A stretch of 32,000 nt of DNA from assembly GCF_000146505.1 (NCBI RefSeq), contig NC_017448.1, forward strand, positions 1,410,001 through 1,442,000, read 5' to 3'. This stretch comes from Fibrobacter succinogenes subsp. succinogenes S85. GTDB lineage: Bacteria > Fibrobacterota > Fibrobacteria > Fibrobacterales > Fibrobacteraceae. Below the pieces are notes generated by a model. The model did no database searches. It was not told the DNA's origin and worked only from the letters and a program-made list of their open reading frames with translations. Both the position numbers and the translations under genes were made by a program. Position 1 is the stretch's first letter. Each line of letters starts with the position of its first letter. Positions 9,145-18,316 of the stretch are shown piece after piece.

Positions 9145-9158
9145 ACTACTCCTTTTGA

Positions 9159-9707
9159 TTAATACCAGCCCTGGCTAGCGCCATACCACGCATCTTCGGC
9201 CGGCCCCAGATTGGCAGGGCCTTTTTTCGCAGGTTTTCCATCATCGGCAAACGTAAACGGAATCGTAACGGTACAATTCTTATAATCCCCCGCATCAAAT
9301 TTCCACTGCAAAATATCATTCAGCACGGCCTTTTCAAATTCAGGAAAATTCGTGGTTGCACTGACAATTTCTCCCGTTTCTATATTGCCATCCGGGAGTA
9401 TTTTAAACTTCACCGTAATCTTGCCTTCAAAACCTGGATTTGTCCGCAAGAAATTATTGTACAAAGGTTTCAGACGATTCGGGGTATTAGCCCTGACAAC
9501 CTCCATGATCTTTTCGGAGGAACGTCCTTGAGCACTCGATGTATCCTTTGGAGCTTCAGCCACCTTACTTTCAGAAGCAGACTCATCATGCGGCGTTGCA
9601 GTCGTTGGTACAGGTTCACTTACTGGTTGCTGCGAATTACCGGCACAAGCCGCAAGGATACCAGCGACAATAATTACGGCAAATTTCAAGAAAAAAGGCG
9701 TTTTCAT
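9159..9707 (-). CDS. lipoprotein with a TonB/AgmX-type C-terminal domain
   Basis: ATG 9707 has GGAGA 5 nt upstream. The lipobox is GILAAC. The C-terminus LYNNFLRTNPGFEGKITVKFKILPDGNIETGEIV...AVLNDILQWKF matches the TonB C-terminal beta-alpha-beta pattern. Confidence 0.7.
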   Translation of the reverse strand: MKTPFFLKFAVIIVAGILAACAGNSQQPVSEPVPTTATPHDESASESKVAEAPKDTSSAQGRSSEKIMEVVRANTPNRLKPLYNNFLRTNPGFEGKITVKFKILPDGNIETGEIVSATTNFPEFEKAVLNDILQWKFDAGDYKNCTVTIPFTFADDGKPAKKGPANLGPAEDAWYGASQGWY

Positions 9708-9822
9708 AAGATTCTCCAACTCATTTTATGCCAAAATTTTTGGGCTACCAGTAGATAATATAAATATCCACTTTAAACTTTCCGGGAACTTTTTAAATTT
9801 GAGGTTAGAAAAAGAGGATTTC

Positions 9823-10983
9823 ATGTTTTTTGAACAAGCAATAGCCCATAACCTCCCGAATTATACGAAGGAATCGGATTCCGCCTACGGCGAGACCCTC
9901 GCTCCGCTCGATTACAAGGACGAACTTAAGGTCAAGAACGAAGCCATCCGCGAATTTTGGGAAGTCAACCGCCTTGCACGCGGTCCGCAGCCGATTGTGG
10001 CAAGCCCCATGCCGCGCAATTACCGCACGACGTCCAAGCGCCAAGTCGAAATGAAGCCGGGCGACCTCCGCTTTAACGAATACGACAGCATCTTGGAGCC
10101 CGAAGAACACAACGCCATTTACCGTCTGCTGTTCGACAAGCTCATCACGCCGGCATACAAGCCGCTCGCTTACGCGCTCAACTGGCTCATCATCCGCGGC
10201 ACGTACAAGTACCGCATCGTGATTTTCAACGTGAAAAAGCTGGACGCAAGTATCGTGCGCAAGCTCAAGCAGATTTCCGAAGTCTTGCAGCAGAGCCCGT
10301 ACCACGTGACCGCAGCACATGCCTACGTGGACCCGACTGGTTCCAACTACTATCTCGAAGCAAAGCGCCCGACAGACACGCTCAACTTCAAGCAGCTTTA
10401 CGGCCCGCGCGAACTATCGCTCGACCTCGGCCATTTCAGGCTCAAATACCCGGTGACGGGCTTCAGCCAGATTAACGAAAGCCAAATTCACAACCTCATC
10501 AAGTCCGCAAGCCGCTTGCTCGGTCTCGAAAAGGGCGACCATTTCTTGGATCTTTACTGCGGTTACGGTCTCTTCAGCTTTGCTCTCGGTGAAGCCGCCA
10601 AGTCCGTGCTCGGTGTGGAATGGGAAGGTCCGTCCATCGACTGTGCGAAGGCTTCTGCAAGATTCTTGAAGAAAAACTACAAGTTCATCGCAGGCAAGAT
10701 TGACGAGACGTTTGTGCAAATGAGACTTCCGCGGCCGATCCCTGGCGAACCGGAACGCATTTTGTTGGACCCGCCGCGCAAGGGAACTGAACCGGGCGTC
10801 ATCCGGGCTCTCGCGATGCGCAAGCCCGTTCGCGTACTTCACATTTTCTGCGGCACCGATGAAATCCCAGCAGCTCTCGCCGAATGGGAACGCTACGGCT
10901 ACCGCGTCAAGGAAGTGTTGCCGATGGACTTGTTTCCCGGCACGCCGCACCTCGAAACGCTTGTCGCACTTGAGAAAAAGTAA
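9823..10983 (+). CDS. class I SAM-dependent RNA (uracil-5)-methyltransferase-like protein (TrmA/RlmD family)
   Basis: SAM motif I FLDLYCGYGLFS and motif IV ILLDPPRKG. I prefer ATG 9823 (AAGAGGA 4 nt upstream) to the TTG at 9799. Confidence 0.78.
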   Translation: MFFEQAIAHNLPNYTKESDSAYGETLAPLDYKDELKVKNEAIREFWEVNRLARGPQPIVASPMPRNYRTTSKRQVEMKPGDLRFNEYDSILEPEEHNAIYRLLFDKLITPAYKPLAYALNWLIIRGTYKYRIVIFNVKKLDASIVRKLKQISEVLQQSPYHVTAAHAYVDPTGSNYYLEAKRPTDTLNFKQLYGPRELSLDLGHFRLKYPVTGFSQINESQIHNLIKSASRLLGLEKGDHFLDLYCGYGLFSFALGEAAKSVLGVEWEGPSIDCAKASARFLKKNYKFIAGKIDETFVQMRLPRPIPGEPERILLDPPRKGTEPGVIRALAMRKPVRVLHIFCGTDEIPAALAEWERYGYRVKEVLPMDLFPGTPHLETLVALEKK

Positions 10984-10996
10984 TAGGTACCGCGTC

Positions 10997-13738
10997 CTAT
11001 TTCAATTTCTTCAGGAAGGCATCGAGCCTTACACAGAACTGAGCCGCCCCTAGATAGCTCACATGATTCGGATTATTGGCCATCTCGTCTGAATAGTCGT
11101 GATGGCCATCTTTATATTCATCAAAAATTTCGATGCCCATATTTTTCACCGCATCAATAATCTTATGCGCATCATCCCAACTCGGGCCATACGGGTCAAA
11201 CGCTTCCGTATCCTTGTAACCCGGGTTGCGTGGCGGAATCGCGGCAATCAGCTTGACGCCCTTCGAATCTGTAAACTTTTTCAGCGCCTTAATCTTTTCC
11301 AAGTTCTCTTGCAAGGACTGCGAATCGAACGGCAACAGAGAAAGATCCACATTCACAATCGGCACACCCCATTCACCTACAGGCAAAAGGAATGTTCCTT
11401 CTAAATACTGCTGTCCAAGCAACACCTGCGGGAATTGCTGTTCCTGGCTGAGCGCCGCAATTTCATTTTTCGTAGCGTTCGACAAATAATTTTCGTCATA
11501 GCGGATGCCCGGAGAATTTTCAAGAACCGGCCCAGTCATTTCATTGTAGGTCCTGTAAAGGAATCCCGGCGAAAGTTCAATCACGACGTACTTGAGTTTC
11601 GGTGCATACGGGATTGCATAATTACGAATCAGGTAATCAAACAGGTGGATATCAGACAAAGTCACACCCATGTTAATCGCCTTGTAAGACTTGATGGAAT
11701 CTTCAATCACGGCATTCAAAAGCATCGAGCTACCGAAAGTCGCAACTTCAATTTTGTCGCTCTGATTCCAGAACGACTGCAATCTCATGCCCAGTTCAAC
11801 CACCGCAAACGGGTACGGGCTCGGCGCATTGTTGTCATAATACGCACCAGCACTATCCACATCCACGGTCGGCTTCGGGTGGTCTTCACCATCTTGCCAA
11901 ACCCACAAGCACGGGTGCCAAAGTTCCTCGCCTTCCACAAGCGGAGTCACGTCACCATTGTCCAAGTTCACAAGCGCCAGCTGGCGATGCGCCCCATTGT
12001 AATCCGTAAGGCTTGCGACAATCAAATTGCTCGGTTCACCGTTCAACATACCTACAACCCATTCGGTATGGTCAAACGTGTATTTCGCAGGAGACGCCAC
12101 CGTGCGCACCAAATGCCCCGTGCTATCCGCTACGAGAATTCGTTCGTGAACGCCATAATTCACGCCCACAAAATCGCGTCCACGCGTACCACCAAAATCA
12201 AGGAACAGCGTACGCTTCGTTCCGTCCTTCGTCAGAGACGCGTTGCACGCCTGTTCGCCATTGTACCAAATCACATCGGTACCCGTAAGCACATCGGTCA
12301 AATGCGCACGCAACAACGTCGAAGAAGAAATTCCAAAGCTATTATCCTTTTCAACACCGCCATGGTAAGCGCCGTCAAAAAGCTTTTGCGGCGTCCCAAA
12401 TTTTCCTTTTGCAAACTTGACCTGCCACGTGCTCTCCTTCATAAATTCTTCACTTTTGTTATTCCTTGCCGAGCTCACGTACACAATCACGGTATCGCCA
12501 TTCGGGTTCACGCGCCAACGTGGAATCGCCGCATTTTCTACTGGCAACTTTACCAGGTTGCTTCCCGATTCATTCAAGTCGCGGACATAGACTTCAGATT
12601 CCTTCAGCACGCCTTCCATCGACGTGCAAAAGGCTACATGCCTACCGTCCGGAGAGATATCCGGGTGATAGACATCTATCTTATCTTCAATTTCAACAAT
12701 CTTCGCCGTTTTGGCAAAGTCTACATAAGCCAAGTTCCCGCTTATGTCATTTCGGAACGCAAGTTTTGCATTATATGAACTTGTAAGCTGTCGCAGTTCA
12801 GACGGCTGGATCAGCGGCGTAATCGGAGCAGACACGGTGCTTCCGTTATCCGTAAACCACGTTGCATCAGGAATAGCACCACACACCAGGCGGAACCCGA
12901 TGTAATCACCCTTTGTCGAACTCAAGATAGGATAAGTATCTCCCCTGCTATACAAATACATCGCCGTCGGGGAGCTCAAGTAGCTACCGCCCTTCACCAC
13001 GCAAGAACCAATCGCATCGCCATCAATCGAGCCCACAAAATTGGATACTGTCGTATCCCTAAAAGAGGCATAACGGTCGTTCACGAGTTCAAGAATATTC
13101 CCCGCCATGTCGCAGATATTCCCTGCGTTCTTGGAAGTACATACCTGATGCGCTGCCGAACCCGAGTTAGCCCCATTCCAGCTTTGTTCCGTTTTCCAGT
13201 TTTTCGACGCAACAAAAATCCATTCCGCTTCGGTCGGCAATCTAAAGCCTTTCTTCTGCGGATTGAACTTGTAGCCTTTCATCTTGACACAATGCTTTTC
13301 GGAATCAAATTCGGCACTCGTATAATCATATGCCGTATCAAGCCCATGTTTTTTGCTCAATGCATTTGCATACAAGACGGCATCGTAAAACGTCACGTTT
13401 GCAGCAGGCAAAGAATCCTGTTTGCAAGAGAGCTTCACGCCCGTTTCTTTGCGCATCAAGTCATTAAAGTCTTTACAGATAACTTCGTGACGGCCGATAT
13501 AAAAATCATAGGTAAACTCGGCAGTCATTTTCGGACGTTCCAACGTTTTAGCAGAAACGTCATCCGTCCCAAGCGTCGTCTTTTTGCCCTTAGCCTGCAC
13601 ATAGACAAAGCCGTCGACGTTCAGTTCGTCTTGCTCCGGCGCCACAGAATTGTCACCGGAATGGCTATCGTCCGAACAGGATGTAGCAACTGCAATTGTC
13701 AAAAAAGACAACATTAAAATTCGAATAATTTTCTCCAT
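10997..13738 (-). CDS. 913-aa lipoprotein: FGE-sulfatase (SUMF1) domain + TolB-like beta-propeller region + C-terminal domain (TIGR02171-like)
   Basis: The lipobox is AVATSC. The FGE-sulfatase pattern is RHEV..DF......PAANVTFYDAVLYANALS..FRLPTEAEW......GNILELV...VKGGSY....GFRLVCG. DISPDGRHVAF is a TolB-type blade motif. Length and organisation match my recollection of the ~900-aa Fibrobacter paralogous family TIGR02171. Confidence 0.78.
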   Translation of the reverse strand: MEKIIRILMLSFLTIAVATSCSDDSHSGDNSVAPEQDELNVDGFVYVQAKGKKTTLGTDDVSAKTLERPKMTAEFTYDFYIGRHEVICKDFNDLMRKETGVKLSCKQDSLPAANVTFYDAVLYANALSKKHGLDTAYDYTSAEFDSEKHCVKMKGYKFNPQKKGFRLPTEAEWIFVASKNWKTEQSWNGANSGSAAHQVCTSKNAGNICDMAGNILELVNDRYASFRDTTVSNFVGSIDGDAIGSCVVKGGSYLSSPTAMYLYSRGDTYPILSSTKGDYIGFRLVCGAIPDATWFTDNGSTVSAPITPLIQPSELRQLTSSYNAKLAFRNDISGNLAYVDFAKTAKIVEIEDKIDVYHPDISPDGRHVAFCTSMEGVLKESEVYVRDLNESGSNLVKLPVENAAIPRWRVNPNGDTVIVYVSSARNNKSEEFMKESTWQVKFAKGKFGTPQKLFDGAYHGGVEKDNSFGISSSTLLRAHLTDVLTGTDVIWYNGEQACNASLTKDGTKRTLFLDFGGTRGRDFVGVNYGVHERILVADSTGHLVRTVASPAKYTFDHTEWVVGMLNGEPSNLIVASLTDYNGAHRQLALVNLDNGDVTPLVEGEELWHPCLWVWQDGEDHPKPTVDVDSAGAYYDNNAPSPYPFAVVELGMRLQSFWNQSDKIEVATFGSSMLLNAVIEDSIKSYKAINMGVTLSDIHLFDYLIRNYAIPYAPKLKYVVIELSPGFLYRTYNEMTGPVLENSPGIRYDENYLSNATKNEIAALSQEQQFPQVLLGQQYLEGTFLLPVGEWGVPIVNVDLSLLPFDSQSLQENLEKIKALKKFTDSKGVKLIAAIPPRNPGYKDTEAFDPYGPSWDDAHKIIDAVKNMGIEIFDEYKDGHHDYSDEMANNPNHVSYLGAAQFCVRLDAFLKKLK

Positions 13739-13765
13739 ACCCTCAATATACTATTTTTTGCTTAC

Positions 13766-14956
13766 ATGGTAACAAAATCCAACACGCCCGACAATACACT
13801 TTGGACCCGCACGTTCATTACCGTCGCTGCGGCGAACTTTTTGCTGTTCTTTAGCTTTTACCAGCTATTGCCGATTTTGCCGTTGTACATCATCGACAAA
13901 TTCCAGACAGACAACGCAACCGCAGGGTTCATCATTTCGCTCTACACGATTGGAGCGCTTGCCTGCAGGCCTTTTGCGGGGTTCCTCGTCGATACGTTCA
14001 GCCGAAAGCCGCTATACTTTTGGACATTTTTCGCATTTACACTCTGCTTTTTAGGCTACAAGACAGTCGGGCTGTTGCCGATTCTAGCGGTCGTGCGTTT
14101 TGCACACGGGCTGTTCTTTGGCATTTCGAGTACCGCAAGTAATACGGTGGCTATTGATGCACTGCCCGCAAGTCGCCGAGGCGAAGGCATCGGGTATTTC
14201 GGGATTAGCGTGAACTTAGCCTTCGCCACCGGTCCCATGACCGGAATGTTTCTTTACGAAGCATTCGGCGACGGGATTGTTTTTGCAATTTCTACAATCC
14301 TTTGCGTGATTGGACTTGTGCTTGTGCAGACGCTCAAGGTAAAGCCCCGCGAAAAGAAGGTCTGCGCCCCGCTTTCGCTCGACCGATTCTTCCTCACTCG
14401 CGCCGTTCCGCAATTTGCAAACTTCATCTTCGTCGGATTTGCGTACGGCCCGGTCACAAACTATATCGCCATTTACGCAAACGAACTTGGCATCGGTGGC
14501 ACAGGATGGTTCTACGCGCTCATCGCTTCGGGCCTCATCTTGAACCGCATCATGACAGGCCGCCTGATTGACCGCGGTTACCTGATTCATCTTGTGGGTT
14601 CCGGCATGACTTTGATCGTCGTCGCTTACTTCATCCTCGCCTTTAGCCACAGCCCCATTACATTCTTCTTATCCGCATTCCTTATCGGAACAAGCCTCGG
14701 GCTTATCTTCCCTGGCTACCAGACCATGTGCGTGAACCTCGCTCGCCACGACCAACGCGGAACAGCAAACAGTACATACCTAAGCGGCTGGGACATCGGC
14801 ATTGGAGCCGGAATTCTCGTAGGAGGCGCCATGGCAAACCACTTCGGGATGCACCAGCAAGTGTTCTTCGTCTGCGGCATAGCACTCGCCATCGCCGACA
14901 TCATGTTCCTCGCCTACACATCAAGGCATTACTTGAAAAACAAGCTTGAGGGATAA
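13766..14956 (+). CDS. MFS transporter
   Basis: 396 aa with about 12 hydrophobic segments and the MFS loop motif GFLVDTFSRKP (G-x-x-x-D-x-x-x-R-K) between TM2 and TM3. Confidence 0.85.
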   Translation: MVTKSNTPDNTLWTRTFITVAAANFLLFFSFYQLLPILPLYIIDKFQTDNATAGFIISLYTIGALACRPFAGFLVDTFSRKPLYFWTFFAFTLCFLGYKTVGLLPILAVVRFAHGLFFGISSTASNTVAIDALPASRRGEGIGYFGISVNLAFATGPMTGMFLYEAFGDGIVFAISTILCVIGLVLVQTLKVKPREKKVCAPLSLDRFFLTRAVPQFANFIFVGFAYGPVTNYIAIYANELGIGGTGWFYALIASGLILNRIMTGRLIDRGYLIHLVGSGMTLIVVAYFILAFSHSPITFFLSAFLIGTSLGLIFPGYQTMCVNLARHDQRGTANSTYLSGWDIGIGAGILVGGAMANHFGMHQQVFFVCGIALAIADIMFLAYTSRHYLKNKLEG

Positions 14957-14958
14957 GA

Positions 14959-15426
14959 CTACGCCAAGCGCTTGTCTTCGTACATTCTCTTGTCGGCGTT
15001 GATCATGCTTTCCTTGAAGCTTTCGGGATTTCCATCCCAGCGGGCAAAGCCCATGCTCGCCTCAATCTTATAGGAGCGTGACACGCTCTTCGCGACTTCT
15101 TCTTGCAAGCAATTGCGGACTTCCTTAACCACATCGTCCGGGACTTCAGTCTGCGCAATCATCAAAAACTCGTCGCCACCGTAACGGCAGAGGAACATCG
15201 AAGACCCCAAGCGTTCACAAGCCTTCTTGAGCGCCTGCGAAACGATAATGAGCGCACGGTCTCCTTCGGCATGGCCGTAAGTATCGTTAATTTGCTTAAA
15301 GTGGTCCACGTCCACCATAATCACAAAAGAATCTTTTTCTTCGCGCGGCTGATGCAAATAGTCATGCAGACGGTTACGGTTATTGAGCATCGTCAATGAA
15401 TCCGTCGAAATCAACTGGTTTTGCAT
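14959..15426 (-). CDS. GGDEF (diguanylate cyclase) domain, C-terminal fragment of a split gene
   Basis: DSLTMLNNRNRL...VDVDHFKQINDTYGH..GD...RYGGDEFLM has an intact GGDEF active site. It is in the same frame as 15430-16089 and separated from it only by TAG-CAT. Confidence 0.8.
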   Translation of the reverse strand: MQNQLISTDSLTMLNNRNRLHDYLHQPREEKDSFVIMVDVDHFKQINDTYGHAEGDRALIIVSQALKKACERLGSSMFLCRYGGDEFLMIAQTEVPDDVVKEVRNCLQEEVAKSVSRSYKIEASMGFARWDGNPESFKESMINADKRMYEDKRLA

Positions 15427-15429
15427 ATG

Positions 15430-16089
15430 CTAATACGCAAACAAAATAATAGCGGTACACCAGAAGCAGAAAATTGGAGTCGTCAATGCAAAGAGAATCT
15501 GCGCACCGCCCGCCACCAACACACCCGGCGTATAGCTAGCCACAATCAGATACGTTCCAAGATTAGCCCTATTCAGCATGGTTCGCGTACGGAGCAATCC
15601 GCGAACTGTTCCCGCCATCCAATAAATTAACGGCAAGAATGCTAAGATGAAATAATAAAAGCCAATGGGTTCTAGCCGGTCATCAAGCCAAAAGTCGGGA
15701 GCAATCCAAAAAGAAATGAGCAACGCCACAAACTGCACGATAATCGGGATGCGTAATTTAAATTGAAGCGTTTCAATCTGCTTACGAGTCATTTCCGGGC
15801 GTGTACTGATTTCAGCAAACATAAAACAGTTATACGCGACAACCGGCATAATAATGGCATTGAAATAATTCACCGCCAAAACAGTAAACGTATTTTTCGG
15901 GAAAGTCGCATCGTTCACAAGCGCCCAAACAGAGTCACTTATGAAATAGACAATATGCCAAAGCACAAGCGTCTGGAAAAGTTCATACTTGACCTGCGGA
16001 GTCGGGAGTCTCTTGATACTGTACAAAAGCAGCAGCAGTATCACGATGCATCCCGCATTGACTTCGACATAAAATCCAAAAACGCTCAT
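15430..16089 (-). CDS. polytopic membrane sensor-like domain, N-terminal fragment of the split diguanylate cyclase
   Basis: 219 aa with about 6-7 TM helices. It ends ...IILFAY-TAG immediately before the GGDEF linker. Confidence 0.7.
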   Translation of the reverse strand: MSVFGFYVEVNAGCIVILLLLLYSIKRLPTPQVKYELFQTLVLWHIVYFISDSVWALVNDATFPKNTFTVLAVNYFNAIIMPVVAYNCFMFAEISTRPEMTRKQIETLQFKLRIPIIVQFVALLISFWIAPDFWLDDRLEPIGFYYFILAFLPLIYWMAGTVRGLLRTRTMLNRANLGTYLIVASYTPGVLVAGGAQILFALTTPIFCFWCTAIILFAY

Positions 16090-16223
16090 AGTTACAAAAA
16101 TACTCTATTTCTATTACATTAGGACAAAAATCCCTGTTTATTCTCAAAAAATAATCTCCATCACAAAGCGTATCCGAAAGGCACAAACGTTGCATATATA
16201 ATACAGGTACATAAATTTTCAAT

Positions 16224-16240
16224 CAAAAACGCCGTTTTTG
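16224..16240. promoter_or_regulatory. perfect 8-1-8 palindrome upstream of the second TIGR02147-like gene
   Basis: caaaaacg-c-cgtttttg lies ~70 bp upstream of ATG 16311. It could be an operator; function unknown. Confidence 0.25.
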
Positions 16241-16310
16241 CTCATTTTTGCAAATTTCCGTTTTATAGAAACATTGCTTTTCCGTAAAATTCAATTTATA
16301 TTTAGGAGTG

Positions 16311-17141
16311 ATGAAAGCGATTATCGAATACTCCAACTTCCGACAGTACATGCGCGACTTTTACGAAGAGCGTAAGCTCCGCCATGTTTTCTCGTGGCGA
16401 GAATTTTCCAAGGCCGCAGGCTTTACCTCATCTTCGTACATGAAGGTCGTCTGTGACGGGAAAAGCAATTTGAGCCGTATCGGTGTCGAACGCACCGGGC
16501 AAGCCATGGGACTTGTCGGATTCGAAATGGACTACTTCAGGGCGATGGTCAACTTCGGCCAAGAAACAGACGAAGCAAAAAAGAAGGCTGCCTACGAAGA
16601 AATGCTCGAAATTGCGAGAGTCCACAAAGTCAGAGTTGTCGAAGGCGACCTGTTTGAATTTTACGAAAGCTGGCGAAACCCAGTCTTACGAGAACTCGCC
16701 CCGCTCATGCCAGGCGCCACTCCGGGTGAACTCGCCAAGATGTGCTACACGGACGTTTCCGCCGCAGACATCAAGCAGTCCCTTGATTTTTTGGTCAAGG
16801 CAGGGTTCCTCAAAAAAGAGGGAGAAAACACATACTCCCAGACAGAAACATCCATCAAGGGCTCCCCCGAAGCAACCAAGCTCGCCATCCGCGACATGCA
16901 CCGCGAAATGGCCAAAATTGCAGCAAATTCGCTGGATCTCGCCCGTACCGAGCGCAACTTTACCGGCGTCACCATGGGCATTTCCAAGGACTCTTACGAA
17001 CAAATCGTCAAGGAGCTTGACGAATGCCGCCGCAAAATCGTGAGCATTGCCGCAGGCGACAAAAACATCGATCAAGTTTATAGATTAAATTTACAGTTAT
17101 TCCCTCTCACAAGAAAGGCGAAGGAGAATGGCAATGACTAA
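16311..17141 (+). CDS. TIGR02147-like (DUF4423-type) HTH-like protein, paralogue 2
   Basis: MKAIIEYSNF... aligns end to end with 521-1354 (shared FSWREF, RELAPLMPGA, VYRLNLQLFPL). I took the ATG at 16311 rather than the GTG at 16308. Confidence 0.82.
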   Translation: MKAIIEYSNFRQYMRDFYEERKLRHVFSWREFSKAAGFTSSSYMKVVCDGKSNLSRIGVERTGQAMGLVGFEMDYFRAMVNFGQETDEAKKKAAYEEMLEIARVHKVRVVEGDLFEFYESWRNPVLRELAPLMPGATPGELAKMCYTDVSAADIKQSLDFLVKAGFLKKEGENTYSQTETSIKGSPEATKLAIRDMHREMAKIAANSLDLARTERNFTGVTMGISKDSYEQIVKELDECRRKIVSIAAGDKNIDQVYRLNLQLFPLTRKAKENGND

Positions 17142-18123
17142 GTTGTTCAATAAATTCTTGACTATATGCGTCGCGGCATTCTCCGCATTTAGCCTCTCGG
17201 CCTGTTCTGACAAAATAGCAGGAACTGCCGAAGAACCAAACCAGTTCGCCTATGGGACGCAGTCTAGCAGTTCCATAGACCGCTCCATCGTATCGGATTC
17301 CGGCAAATCTCTAGAAACACCAAACGATTTTCCTATTATCACAAGCAGCGCCACATCAGTCCCGTCACCAACCACAAATAATTCATCGTCGTCCCAATCG
17401 GAATACGACGGTTTTGTGCCAATCACGATAGACCCGACTCCATCCTTACCCGATTCCGTTCCCGGAAATAGCGGAGCCGGCAGCAGTGGCGGCGCACCTA
17501 GTTTCGGCAACCCCGATTGTCATTGCCAAGGCGACGCAAAATGCTATTGCGGTTCAGACGGTGCGTCTGCATACACACTTGATGATTATCTCAAAAATTA
17601 CAATATCACCGATGTCTCTTACGACGACAACGTCCTTGCCTTTAACAAGACTTACGATGGTCAGCTCGAAGACGTCTACAACTCTGCGAAAGTAAATACA
17701 TCACAGCTGAGATCCATCGGCCTGCATAAGATTACCAGTGAAAACGCCAGCGCATTAAGCATACTGTTTTTAAGGACTACAATGAACATGGGCGGAATGC
17801 TCTACGAAAAAGACGGAGTCGTTTCTAGAACGCAAGGCGGTTGCCAACTTTACGTGCTGAACGTCTATGACACATCGCCCGTCATCCACGTGCTTACCGA
17901 GATTTCAAAGGATACTATCAAAATCACAGACGTCCATGACAACTGCGATTACGAGCCGCGCCCATTCGATATGCATGTCGGATTCCTGTTCGAATACTGC
18001 GGCGAGCTTTCTGAAAGTCCCAAAATTGACATAACATTCAAGCTCAACGAATCCATGAAGTGCGGTACAGTCGACTACGACGAGTACATCAGTAAAAAAC
18101 TCAGGGACTCCTCCGGCCAGTAA
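17134..18123 (+). CDS. lipoprotein (Ser/Pro-rich linker + Cys-rich C-terminal domain)
   Basis: MTKLFNKFLTICVAAFSAFSLSAC/SDKIAGTAEEPN. AAGGAGA lies 7 nt upstream of ATG 17134. There is an 8-nt overlap with the upstream stop (17139-17141). Confidence 0.7.
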   Translation: MTKLFNKFLTICVAAFSAFSLSACSDKIAGTAEEPNQFAYGTQSSSSIDRSIVSDSGKSLETPNDFPIITSSATSVPSPTTNNSSSSQSEYDGFVPITIDPTPSLPDSVPGNSGAGSSGGAPSFGNPDCHCQGDAKCYCGSDGASAYTLDDYLKNYNITDVSYDDNVLAFNKTYDGQLEDVYNSAKVNTSQLRSIGLHKITSENASALSILFLRTTMNMGGMLYEKDGVVSRTQGGCQLYVLNVYDTSPVIHVLTEISKDTIKITDVHDNCDYEPRPFDMHVGFLFEYCGELSESPKIDITFKLNESMKCGTVDYDEYISKKLRDSSGQ

Positions 18124-18316
18124 AAGGCAACCTCACATTTGCGCCACATTGGGATACGGCAATATTTGTCGCATCCCAAATCTATATTGTAGCCATAAAA
18201 AAATTACGGTCAAAAAAAACACCTCATTTCGTTTTACAGATTCAATAGAGAAAACGATATATAATTGCGGTTTTAGGTGTTTGCTATGAGAAAATTTGCC
18301 GTTTAAAGGAGGTTTT

